A DNA stretch of 64,000 nt from an uncultured candidate division Zixibacteria bacterium (GTDB lineage Bacteria; Zixibacteria; MSB-5A5; GN15; FEB-12): contig OY760907.1 of the NCBI GenBank assembly GCA_963664195.1, positions 2,944,001-3,008,000 of the forward strand, in the 5' to 3' direction. The position numbers were made by a program, and so were the translations under genes. The notes under the pieces are model-generated. The model searched no databases. It was given only the letters and a program-made list of their open reading frames with translations, and had not been told where the DNA came from. Of the stretch, positions 39,633 through 48,589 are shown one piece after another (positions within the stretch are counted from its first letter, which is position 1; every line of letters starts with the position of its first letter).

Positions 39633-39657
39633 GTCACCCTGAGCCCGTCGAAGGGTG
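39633..39657 (+). repeat. 25-bp palindromic intergenic element, copy 2
   Basis: gtcaccctgagcccgtcgaagggtg; matches 23026-23050. Confidence 0.65.
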
Positions 39658-39670
39658 GACCGAACATAAT

Positions 39671-39703
39671 AAAGCGGCAGAGGATTTTTCCTCTGCCGCT
39701 TTT
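39671..39703 (+). terminator. Intrinsic terminator ending the catabolic cluster
   Basis: aaagcggcagagga-tttt-tcctctgccgcttt(t). Confidence 0.85.
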
Positions 39704-39832
39704 CTGTCGGTTACTATCACGCCTATCCGTGTCTACGATACCTTCTTTATGCTTGTTTCACGTTTCAGCATCACGTATCTCTAATAGACGGGGCAGTGGA
39801 CCTGCTTAACCGATATTGTAGAGGAGTACCAA

Positions 39833-41050
39833 ATGAAGAACGCGAAAACTGCCATTGCAGCATTGTTGACCTTGACACTGCTTACACTCTGGTCGTGCTC
39901 CGACGACGACACCGTCGTCAATCCTCCTCCAGTCGAGGAACCGAATGTGATTGATGATCTCACTTCCGGCCTCACCGACTTCAACAGTTTTGTGGTCACC
40001 TGGACAGCTCCCGAGGGCGCCCTGGAGTATGACATCCGCTTCTCGACATCGGCAATCGACTCGACGAACTGGACCTCGGCGACTCCGGTCGACGACGAGC
40101 CGGTTCCAAAGGCCGAGGGAGAGGCAGAGATGTACAGGCTCAAGGATCTCGAAATGAGTACCGAGTATTACGTGGCAGTCAAGTTCGGTATCGATTCCGC
40201 TACCTGGTCCCCTCTGTCCAATATCGTCAGTGGGTTCACTTCGGAGTACGACTCGCGCAATAAGATTGCGTTCGTCTCCGCACTGGACGGAGATGACGAG
40301 ATATACGTCATGGACTCCGATGGCTCCAATGTGCGCAAGCTGACGGACAACGCCAGCGCTGACAGGGAGCCGGCGTGGACCGGCGATGGACTGGGCATTT
40401 ACTTTTCAACTGCGCGCGACGGCAACTGGGAAATCTATGCCATGGATTACAATGGGGCCTCACCGGCTAACATCAGCAATTCTGGGTCTTACGCGGACGG
40501 GAGTCCTTCACTGTTGTACCCAGGCAACCGGGTTGTCTTCAATTCTCTGCCGGCCAGCGAGAGCTGGAGCCATTTGTGGACTATGAACCCGGATGGAACC
40601 GGCAAAGTGATACTCCAGAATTACCCGGACAGTATGGAGGCGGATGCCGACTGGGCACCCGACGGATCCAGGATCACCTTTGAACGTAGATACCCGAGCG
40701 GAGGTAGCTGGGCTGTCTATACCGCAGATCCCGACGGTACCGGGGCCGAGCGCCTGATTGACGGCTGGCAACCTTCCTGGTCGCCGGATGGGTCAAAGAT
40801 TGCATTCCGGAGTATCGATGGGGATATCCTCGTAATGAACGCCGACGGAACCAACCCCATCAACCTGACCAACCATGCTTCGGTTGACTCAGAACCGGAC
40901 TGGTCGCCGGACGGATCCAGGCTCGTGTTTGTATCTGACAGGGACGGAGACACTGAGATATTCATTATGGACGCCGACGGCACTAACGTGACACAGATCA
41001 CGCACAACGATGTGGCGGATGAGTCGCCCTGCTGGTCACCTGTGATGTAA
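39833..41050 (+). CDS. Lipoprotein with FN3-like domain and TolB/PD40 beta-propeller
   Basis: Lipobox LWSC; W.AP....YDIRFS FN3 pattern; repeated P.WSPDG..I.F.S.RDG..EI..M.ADG. Confidence 0.85.
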   Translation: MKNAKTAIAALLTLTLLTLWSCSDDDTVVNPPPVEEPNVIDDLTSGLTDFNSFVVTWTAPEGALEYDIRFSTSAIDSTNWTSATPVDDEPVPKAEGEAEMYRLKDLEMSTEYYVAVKFGIDSATWSPLSNIVSGFTSEYDSRNKIAFVSALDGDDEIYVMDSDGSNVRKLTDNASADREPAWTGDGLGIYFSTARDGNWEIYAMDYNGASPANISNSGSYADGSPSLLYPGNRVVFNSLPASESWSHLWTMNPDGTGKVILQNYPDSMEADADWAPDGSRITFERRYPSGGSWAVYTADPDGTGAERLIDGWQPSWSPDGSKIAFRSIDGDILVMNADGTNPINLTNHASVDSEPDWSPDGSRLVFVSDRDGDTEIFIMDADGTNVTQITHNDVADESPCWSPVM

Positions 41051-41096
41051 AAAGCGATTTCTTGAAACTTTGTATGGCGAGTTCGTCTTTGGTTCT

Positions 41097-41149
41097 GTAG
41101 GGCAGGTTTGTCTTCAAACCTGCCGGAAAGGCAAGCCGCAGGCGGCTTG
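41097..41149 (+). repeat. GTAG-headed REP-like hairpin plus satellite hairpin
   Basis: GTAG-ggcaggtttg-tctt-caaacctgcc perfect stem, then caagccgc-ag-gcggcttg. Confidence 0.7.
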
Positions 41150-41165
41150 AGGTGCGATGGACGAC

Positions 41166-41231
41166 GGGTCGCTGGGTCAAACTTGTTTGGCCCGGTTCAA
41201 GCCCCTCCAGACGAGTTTGAAGGGGCCACCC
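41166..41231. repeat. About 65-bp double-hairpin element, copy 1
   Basis: gggtc..gggtcaaacttgtttggcccgg..cccctccagacgagtttgaaggggccaccc; near-identical to 46888-46952. Confidence 0.8.
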
Positions 41232-41289
41232 GGAATGACTGCATCCGTTCACTCTCAGGGCGGTGACCCGCCTTACAACTTGCGTATAA

Positions 41290-41757
41290 TCACCCCTGGG
41301 CGATGTCCCGAACCACGTTCTGCAGTTTCTTCAAGACACCGACGTACCGCGAGAAATAGATATGCGCCACCTTGTTGATAATGTTGAAGCCGGTCGGGCA
41401 ATCCTGCTTCAGCATCTCGCGGAACGGAGCAGCTTCAATCGACAGGATTTCCGAATTCTTGCTGCACTGAGCCGACAGCGTGTAGCACTTTGAGTCCAGC
41501 AGAGGCGAGACGCCAAACAACTCCCCTTCAGCAAGCCGTTGAATGACAAAACTGTGATCCTCGGGGCCGGTGGGTAGTCTCAGGTCGACCGCTCCTTTCA
41601 ACAGCATGTAGACATGCGTTGCGGCGGTGTCGAATCCGAATACCATCTCACCGGCAGACATCATCTTTACTGACGAAAACTTGCTCAATTGATTGTTCTC
41701 ATCGACGCTGAGCGAACGAAACAGATCGTGACCTTTCAATACCGTGTCTACAGCCAT
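41290..41757 (-). CDS. Stand-alone cyclic nucleotide-binding domain protein
   Basis: LF..L, GE.VF, Y..LKG.V, GELFG; no HTH; AAGGAGG SD. Confidence 0.8.
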   Translation of the reverse strand: MAVDTVLKGHDLFRSLSVDENNQLSKFSSVKMMSAGEMVFGFDTAATHVYMLLKGAVDLRLPTGPEDHSFVIQRLAEGELFGVSPLLDSKCYTLSAQCSKNSEILSIEAAPFREMLKQDCPTGFNIINKVAHIYFSRYVGVLKKLQNVVRDIAQG

Positions 41758-42148
41758 TTTCTACCTCCTTGCGAGTTTCTGCCTTCAGGCAATGACCGGG
41801 GACTCTTTACGGTAAATACGTAGTCATGGCAGTCCATTGGTGGGAACGAGGAGTATATTCCTGCTTAGCCGCCTCTGGGCGATTCGTCCGCTGACAGTAT
41901 GGTCTCGGGTTCGAGATTGGCCGGGATACATTGAAAAAAATAGACGCAAGTAGGCGCGACACTCCAATGGGAGGGCAAGGAACGTCCCGGACACCGAATG
42001 CATCCGATACCGGTGCCATACTTACGTCGGCATTTTTGAGGGCCATGAAGCGAACTGAGCACAGTATAGCACGATTCGCTGTCAGAAAGTGGCAGTGGAA
42101 GACGAGATTTTTGAAAATAGTGAGGGCGCGCTGTCGATTATGCGTTTT

Positions 42149-42469
42149 TCAACGGAGATCATCCCTCGTGGGATAAAAAACATCGATCACCCGGCATTCC
42201 TCGATGGCCTTACCGGAATGGCGTACGTTTGGGGGTATTACGGCAATGGCGCCCGGTTCACAGATTTCGGTACGGTCGTTAATTCGCAGCTCGAGTCTGC
42301 CGGAGATGAGGTTGGTTACTTGCTCGTGGGGATGACAGTGTTCGGGGAGTACGGCACCGGTGGCGATTGTCCAGTAGGCCAGGGACATGTTGTCAGCATG
42401 TACCACGCGCAGTTTGAAGCCGGGGATTGGCTCGACTTCGGTGAGATCGGCAAGTTTCAGGAATTCCAT
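42149..42469 (-). CDS. Cupin domain protein
   Basis: PEHCHPHEQ...G.LEL...IPPNVRH...DVF.P.R. Confidence 0.88.
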   Translation of the reverse strand: MEFLKLADLTEVEPIPGFKLRVVHADNMSLAYWTIATGAVLPEHCHPHEQVTNLISGRLELRINDRTEICEPGAIAVIPPNVRHSGKAIEECRVIDVFYPTRDDLR

Positions 42470-42542
42470 GAGAGCACCTCATTGTCGTGTGGTTGTGCAC
42501 AGTATAGGTGATCAGGGTCATCAAGTCAGCCACAAAAGAGAA

Positions 42543-42568
42543 AAGCTACCGGAGTGATCCGGTAGCTT
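42543..42568 (-). terminator. Terminator after ackA
   Basis: aagctaccgga-gtga-tccggtagctt with minus-strand U-tract. Confidence 0.75.
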
Positions 42569-42594
42569 CTGGTGAGATTGTCAGTCCCGGCGCT

Positions 42595-43809
42595 TCATTT
42601 CAGTGCCGCATAATCACCGAGAATGCGTTGCGTGTCGCGGGCGATCACCAATTCTTCGTTGGTCGGAATAACCAGCACGCGAACAGTGGCATCATCGGCC
42701 GAGATATCGATTTCTTTGCCCCGGGCGTTAAGATTCTTGTCCTCATTCAGCTTGATGCCGAGGAATTCAAGGCTTTCACAGCTCTGTCTGCGGATAACGT
42801 CAGAGTTTTCGCCGACACCGGCGGTGAAAACGAGGGCGTCGATTCCACCCATAGCCGCGGCATACGCACCAACGTACTTCTTCAGTCGGTAACAGGCGAC
42901 ATCGAGTGCCAGTTTAGCATTCTGCTGGCCTTCGGCAGCCGCTTCCTCAACTTCACGAACGTCGGAGGAAACGCCGGAAATGCCGACCATACCCGAATGC
43001 TTGTTGAGCAAAGTGTTGCCTTCGTGGAGCGACAGCTCTTCGCGAGCCATTATGTGCAGGATGACGGCCGGGTCGATATCGCCGGAACGCGTGCCCATCA
43101 GGAGACCTTCGAGAGGAGTGAAGCCCATCGAGGTGTCAATTGACTTGCCGCGGTCGACAGCCGCAATCGAAGATCCGTTGCCAAGGTGAGCCGTAACGAT
43201 TTTCAACTCTGTTTGTGGTTTCCCAAGCATCTTGGCAGCTCGTTCGGCCACGTACCTGTGCGACGTACCGTGGAATCCGTAGCGACGGATGCCATCTCGT
43301 TTGTAGAAGACGTAGGGGATACCGTAGATGTAAGCGTGCGGTGGCATTTCCTGGTGGAAGGCCGTATCAAAAACGGCTACCTGGGGGACACCGGGAAGAT
43401 TCTTGAAGCAGGCGTTGATACCCCGGATGTTGTGCGGATTATGCAATGGAGCCAGTTCGATCAGCGCCCGGAGCTGAGCCATGAGTTCGTCGGTGATCAG
43501 AACGGAATCCTGAAAACGTTCCCCGCCGTGAACTACGCGATGGCCGACCGCGTCGATATCCTTCTTGTCCTTGATGACGCCATGGTTCGGCGACAGCAGA
43601 ATCGCAATGACGTGTTCCACAGCAACGATATGATCGAGAATCTCCGCCGAAACCACGACCTTCTCTTTGCCGAGAGGCTCATGAGTCAGCACGGAGGCGG
43701 ACATGCCTATGCGGGTGACAGCGCCTTTGGCCAGGGCGGTCTTGGTTTCGATCTCGACAAGTTGATACTTGACCGAGGATGATCCACAATTAAGAACGAG
43801 TATTTTCAT
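42595..43809 (-). CDS. ackA: Acetate kinase
   Basis: LNCGSSSVKY, GHRVVHGG, APLHNP, FDTAFH, YGFHGTSH, HLGNG, PTNEEL. Confidence 0.97.
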   Translation of the reverse strand: MKILVLNCGSSSVKYQLVEIETKTALAKGAVTRIGMSASVLTHEPLGKEKVVVSAEILDHIVAVEHVIAILLSPNHGVIKDKKDIDAVGHRVVHGGERFQDSVLITDELMAQLRALIELAPLHNPHNIRGINACFKNLPGVPQVAVFDTAFHQEMPPHAYIYGIPYVFYKRDGIRRYGFHGTSHRYVAERAAKMLGKPQTELKIVTAHLGNGSSIAAVDRGKSIDTSMGFTPLEGLLMGTRSGDIDPAVILHIMAREELSLHEGNTLLNKHSGMVGISGVSSDVREVEEAAAEGQQNAKLALDVACYRLKKYVGAYAAAMGGIDALVFTAGVGENSDVIRRQSCESLEFLGIKLNEDKNLNARGKEIDISADDATVRVLVIPTNEELVIARDTQRILGDYAALK

Positions 43810-44711
43810 TTGGCTGCCTCCTCGGCAAGGCTCTTCGTACCATTAATGCGATTGCCTTCTTTGTCGTAATCGAAGAATCCACTGCCGGTTTTGACACCAA
43901 GATTTCCGGCGCGAACCAACTTCCGCAGGAGCGGGCAGGGATTGTACTTGTGTTCCGAAAGCTCGTCCAGGAGGTTGATCATCCAGGACATAACAACGTC
44001 GAGTCCCATCATATCAGCCAGCGATAGCGGGCCGACGTTAAAGCCAAACCCGAGTTTCATTGCCTTGTCGATATCCCGGGCCGAGGCAACACCTTCCATC
44101 AGTACATGCATTGCTTCGTTGAGAAGCGGCACGATGATGCGGGTAGTCACGTAACCGGGGTACTCGTTAACCGTGATCCACTTCTTGTCCAGTGATTCGG
44201 CAAAAGCGACCGCTTTCTGGAACGTGTGGTCGTTAGTTCTCAATCCCTTGACGATCTCCACGAGGGGGACCTTGGTAACGGGGTTGAGGAAATGCATGCC
44301 GATAATTTTTTCGGGTCGCTGAGTTGCTTCTGCAATCTCGGAGATCGAGAGGGTACCGCTGTTGGTAATCAACAGGGCGTCGGAGGAGCAGATGCGATCA
44401 AGGTTTTCAAAGAGATGGCGTTTCTTGTCGAGCACTTCCGGGATAGCTTCGAGCACGATTTCAGCATCCTCGGCCTGCGAAAGGTCGGAGGAGGGGAAGA
44501 TGCGAGCGAGAATGGCCTTCTTGTCAGATTTGGTCAATCCCCACTTACTGATTTCTCTGTCTATCGCTTCAGAAATACCTTTGATGCCGCGTTCGGCCAA
44601 TTTCGTGGTCCGGTCGATCAGGACGACTTCTTGTCCGGCCGTGGCGATGGCTTCGGCAAGTCCCTGCCCCATCACTCCGGCTCCGATGATTACTATGCTT
44701 GCGCTTGGCAT
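43806..44711 (-). CDS. hbd: 3-hydroxybutyryl/3-hydroxyacyl-CoA dehydrogenase
   Basis: IGAGVMG, EAIPE, GMHFLNP, DIDKAMKLG, GPL.LAD..GLD, GVKTGSGF. Confidence 0.9.
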   Translation of the reverse strand: MPSASIVIIGAGVMGQGLAEAIATAGQEVVLIDRTTKLAERGIKGISEAIDREISKWGLTKSDKKAILARIFPSSDLSQAEDAEIVLEAIPEVLDKKRHLFENLDRICSSDALLITNSGTLSISEIAEATQRPEKIIGMHFLNPVTKVPLVEIVKGLRTNDHTFQKAVAFAESLDKKWITVNEYPGYVTTRIIVPLLNEAMHVLMEGVASARDIDKAMKLGFGFNVGPLSLADMMGLDVVMSWMINLLDELSEHKYNPCPLLRKLVRAGNLGVKTGSGFFDYDKEGNRINGTKSLAEEAAK

Positions 44712-44987
44712 GTCGAGCCCACCTTCAAACGTTATTGTGAAATAAATAACAAGCCAATTATCCGTGGCATTATATATATTTACTTAATCGGTGCAAGGTC
44801 TTTTTCGCTGAACTGGAAAGATTTAGGATCAACCGGCGGGAGTAGTCCAAACAATCGCACTAATCATTGGTTCGGGCCGTCTTATTGATGTATAATTGGG
44901 TACAGGCAACCCCTCGGATTTCTGTGACAGAATTCGACACCGGCGAGGGTTGGAACCGGCGAGATAGACTCATACGAGGGAGGTTCA

Positions 44988-45659
44988 ATGTTTAGAAAAA
45001 GCATCGTTTCAGTAGTGATTCTGGCGGCGATTTTTGTTTGCGTCGCTCCGGCACAGGCGATTAACCGCACTGTGATTCGCTACAACACGTTCAGCGTCTA
45101 TGGCGGGTTGACTCAACCGATTGGCAGTGTTAGCGGAACAGTCTTCTACGATTTCTCTCTCAATGGCAGGGAGTATGATGTCGCTGCAAAGGACCTGTAC
45201 CAGGAGGGCTTTCATATCGGTATGAATTATGGCAGAGTTGTCAAGGGGCACTTCATGGTTACAGTGGGACTTCGCTACACCACTCACGACGTGAAAAACC
45301 CCATAGTCAGCAACGGCGTTTCGGTCACTCTGCCGGAAATACCCACATACCGGCAATACGATCTCGATGTTAATCTGGACTACTATTTCATGAATCTGAG
45401 GTATTCAAAGTTCTCTCCGTATTTCGGTTTTGGCACGCACCCCGGACTTATGGTGGATGTATTCGAGGGATACAAGAATGAGACAGACGTCACCTACGGT
45501 CTCAGTCTCAACTTTGGTGCCGAGATCAAAATCTACACCGACACCAAAAACGGCCCGTATTTGACGCTGGCGTCAATCAACAACTGGAATTTCGCAGGTG
45601 TAAACCGTCGTCCTCGCCATCTCAACATCGGGGGAGGGTTGAGGTACTATTTCCGATAG
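44988..45659 (+). CDS. Small outer-membrane beta-barrel protein
   Basis: Signal peptide AQA, FSPYFGFG strand, C-terminal GLRYYF. Confidence 0.65.
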   Translation: MFRKSIVSVVILAAIFVCVAPAQAINRTVIRYNTFSVYGGLTQPIGSVSGTVFYDFSLNGREYDVAAKDLYQEGFHIGMNYGRVVKGHFMVTVGLRYTTHDVKNPIVSNGVSVTLPEIPTYRQYDLDVNLDYYFMNLRYSKFSPYFGFGTHPGLMVDVFEGYKNETDVTYGLSLNFGAEIKIYTDTKNGPYLTLASINNWNFAGVNRRPRHLNIGGGLRYYFR

Positions 45660-45704
45660 GGTTCTCTAAGAGCCAAAACCGACAAACTTGCAGGAGTTCA
45701 TACC

Positions 45705-46862
45705 TTGCTGACCTTGAATAGACATTTGCTTTCATTCGTGCTATTAACTTTGGCCCTGTCGCTGCTGGCCGTCGGCTGTGGCGATGACGACGGACCGGTC
45801 GAACCGGGACCGCCGCCGAACATCCAGATATTTACGGCCGCCCCAACCGACCTTCCAGTCGGGGACTCTTCGCAGATTACTTACAAAGTTGCCGATGCAG
45901 ATTCGGTCAAGCTGTATCCGGCCGGCACCAAACTGACGCCGGCTGACTCGGGGCAAACCTGGGTCAAACCGTTAGTAGCGACGACGTACATTCTGAAAGC
46001 CTTTAACAAAGACGGTCGAGATTCTGCAGATGTCCTGGTGACTGTTCAGGCACCGCCGGCCTCGATTGAGGCGATCAATGGTCTATACTACAAGGGCGTT
46101 ATGGGAGGAGATTCACAAACTCCATCGCTGCAGTTCCGTGCGCTTGATGCCGGTGGCCATCCGTTGGTGACGCCGTGGATGCATTTCGAGATCGTTACCG
46201 GCGATGGTACGCTGTCGACCGATTCGGCGCAGGTTGATCGTTCGGGGACGGCGACGATTCTCTATGACTTTGACGGCGCGATGGGGCACGCGACTATTCG
46301 GGCGTATGTGCGCGATGTTGACACGGTGATGGTTGATGTTCGTGCCAGCACGATTATCCCCGGTCCGGGAGGGCAGGCGCAGTACGTGCTGCTTGATACA
46401 GACACCTACCTGGACGTGAAGAACTTCAACGGGGAGCCGGAGGGGATTGTCTATTCAAATGGACTTCATTATGTGGAATACGTTGCCAGCCTCGGACTCG
46501 TCATCATGGTGCAGGATACCGCGTTTCCGTCTGATGTATTGCAGGATATGGAACCGGTTGTGGGCGCGATTCTGACGACAGGATTCACGGGTGCGAGGAC
46601 TGCCGATTCAGTAGGTCTTGGTTCGACTACGGCCGAGTTTGAAGCGGCTTACGGTACGGCTGATACCACATACCTCGACGATCAGGCTCCGCCCCCCTTA
46701 CAGGCATATTTCTACGACCCTGAAGGTCTGGTCTTTTTCACTTCGGTGCCGGCCGGTCCGACGGCGACCGTGCAGGAGATGCACGTGTATTATCGCCCCC
46801 CCGGAAGTCCGGCTCTGATGGATTCACGGCGTGCGAGACGGGTGTCATCAGTGTTGCGGTAG
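45705..46862 (+). CDS. Lipoprotein with Ig-like domains
   Basis: Lipobox LAVGC, TTYILKA.N..G Ig pattern, Big-like F.IVTGDG.LS, C-terminal VGLGST.....AYG. Confidence 0.65.
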   Translation: MLTLNRHLLSFVLLTLALSLLAVGCGDDDGPVEPGPPPNIQIFTAAPTDLPVGDSSQITYKVADADSVKLYPAGTKLTPADSGQTWVKPLVATTYILKAFNKDGRDSADVLVTVQAPPASIEAINGLYYKGVMGGDSQTPSLQFRALDAGGHPLVTPWMHFEIVTGDGTLSTDSAQVDRSGTATILYDFDGAMGHATIRAYVRDVDTVMVDVRASTIIPGPGGQAQYVLLDTDTYLDVKNFNGEPEGIVYSNGLHYVEYVASLGLVIMVQDTAFPSDVLQDMEPVVGAILTTGFTGARTADSVGLGSTTAEFEAAYGTADTTYLDDQAPPPLQAYFYDPEGLVFFTSVPAGPTATVQEMHVYYRPPGSPALMDSRRARRVSSVLR

Positions 46863-46887
46863 ATCGACGATCCAAATTGCTGCGGCA

Positions 46888-46952
46888 GGGTGGCCGGGTC
46901 AAACTTGTTTGGCCCGGATTATCCCCTCCAAACGAGTTTGAAGGGGCCACCC
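46888..46952. repeat. About 65-bp double-hairpin element, copy 2
   Basis: Terminal inverted repeats gggtggcc/ggccaccc enclosing two hairpins. Confidence 0.8.
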
Positions 46953-46982
46953 GACGTCCTGGTCGATCCTCCTCGCGAACAC

Positions 46983-47011
46983 TTGACAATCGCTCCATCG
47001 CTCAATACATT
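46983..47011 (+). promoter_or_regulatory. Sigma70-type promoter
   Basis: TTGACA-17-TACATT upstream of the first cyclophilin. Confidence 0.6.
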
Positions 47012-47050
47012 TTGCCCCAATAAGTTAAGCGCGACATTGAAAGGAATACC

Positions 47051-47704
47051 ATGAATCGCCTCGTCTGTCTTCTGCTTCTGACCCTTGTCCTGTCTGTCGT
47101 CTCTTTCGGTTGTGAAGAGAAAATCGAGAAAATCTACGATGACCCGTATTTGGATTCGTTGGCCGCCATTCGACATGACATTCGCAGCGGTGACAATCCG
47201 TTCGTGACGCTCGAAACGAACTTCGGCAAAATGACGTTTGAGCTGTTTCGCGATGTCGCTCCGAACCACGCGGATTCATTCCTCGCCCGCACCGAAGACG
47301 GCTTCTACGACAGCACGATTTTTCATCGGGTAGTGGACAACTTCATGATCCAGGGCGGCAATCCGATCCCGGTCGGCAAGAAGATGGTTGAGTATCAGTT
47401 GGACGCGGAATTCAACGATCTGCCTCACATGGACGGCACGTTATCCATGGCCAGAGCCAGGTCCGAGAACTCTGCCGGTACGCAGTTCTTTGTCTGTCTG
47501 GGACGGAACAGGTCCACAGAATGGTTGGATGGCAAGTATACCAATTTCGGGCATTTGATTCGCGGTTACGATGTTCTTCATCGGATTGCCAAGGTGCCGG
47601 TTGTGGCTTCAGAAATGATGGGGGGAGAGGTCTCTTGGCCGACTCAACAGGTGGCGCTTATTGACGCCTTCGTTTCCGACGAGGACGGCAATCAGCTCAA
47701 GTAG
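47051..47704 (+). CDS. Cyclophilin-type peptidyl-prolyl isomerase, lipoprotein
   Basis: Lipobox SFGC, FHRVVDNFMIQGG, GTLSMAR, SAGTQFF, LDGKYT.FG. Confidence 0.92.
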   Translation: MNRLVCLLLLTLVLSVVSFGCEEKIEKIYDDPYLDSLAAIRHDIRSGDNPFVTLETNFGKMTFELFRDVAPNHADSFLARTEDGFYDSTIFHRVVDNFMIQGGNPIPVGKKMVEYQLDAEFNDLPHMDGTLSMARARSENSAGTQFFVCLGRNRSTEWLDGKYTNFGHLIRGYDVLHRIAKVPVVASEMMGGEVSWPTQQVALIDAFVSDEDGNQLK

Positions 47705-47731
47705 GAACAGCGGGCCCGGGCTGTTAAATCC

Positions 47732-47760
47732 TTGACGGATTTTGGGACCGTGGATATATT
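47732..47760 (+). promoter_or_regulatory. Sigma70-type promoter
   Basis: TTGACG-17-TATATT upstream of the second cyclophilin. Confidence 0.55.
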
Positions 47761-47798
47761 CGCGACCAGATTGAGAAGAAAACAGAGAAAGGAATCCC

Positions 47799-48476
47799 TT
47801 GCGAAAAGCCATAATCATCTTTGCAGCTCTCCTGTTGGCGGGAGTGAGCCAGTTCGGTTGTTCCGGCAAGGCGGCCAAAGTCGAGGTTCAGGAAAAGGCA
47901 GCCAAAGCTGAGGTTGCAGAAGAGGCGATTCCAGTTGTCGAAGAGCAACTTGAGCACAAGATGAGAAGCGACGCGAATGCCATTGTGACGCTGCACACGA
48001 ATTTCGGCGATATGACGCTCGAATTGTTCCGCGATGTCGCTCCGGCTCATGCCGATTCGTTCCTTGCTCGCTCAAACGACGGGTTCTACGACAGCACGAT
48101 TTTCCATCGGGTGATTGACGATTTCATGATTCAGGGTGGCGACCCGACCGGTACCGGCGCGGGCAACGCCGGGTATATGCTCGATGCTGAGTTCAGCAGT
48201 ATCAAGCATGTCGACGGAACTCTCTCTATGGCCCGTTCCAATGACCCGAATTCCGCCTCGTGTCAGTTCTTCATCTGTCTCGGGCGTAACCGGGGAACGG
48301 CCTCGCTCGACGGCAAATACACAGTGTTTGGCCAGCTCCTGAACGGGTATGATGTCTTGCACGCTATTGGCAAGACGAAGGTCGGGATGACTCAGCACGG
48401 TGAACAATCTCGCCCGCTCAGTCCGGTAATGCTGATCAAGGCTTACCAATCGGACGCGTTCGGCAACCCGTTATAG
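47799..48476 (+). CDS. Cyclophilin-type peptidyl-prolyl isomerase, lipoprotein (paralogue)
   Basis: Lipobox QFGC, FHRVIDDFMIQGGDP.G.G.G, GTLSMAR, QFFI, LDGKYTVFG. Confidence 0.92.
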   Translation: MRKAIIIFAALLLAGVSQFGCSGKAAKVEVQEKAAKAEVAEEAIPVVEEQLEHKMRSDANAIVTLHTNFGDMTLELFRDVAPAHADSFLARSNDGFYDSTIFHRVIDDFMIQGGDPTGTGAGNAGYMLDAEFSSIKHVDGTLSMARSNDPNSASCQFFICLGRNRGTASLDGKYTVFGQLLNGYDVLHAIGKTKVGMTQHGEQSRPLSPVMLIKAYQSDAFGNPL

Positions 48477-48589
48477 GTCGAGGTAACCCGATTTGAACCG
48501 AATCAGCGGAGTGTGATTCCACTCCGCCGTTCGCGTTCCAAGCGCGATCCGTTTGGAACCAGAGGTGATCCGGTTCGTTAAAGAACGAT

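Noticed and set aside
41760..42145. Long non-coding gap upstream of the cNMP-domain gene
   Set aside because: No known riboswitch, sigma54 consensus or credible ORF recognised
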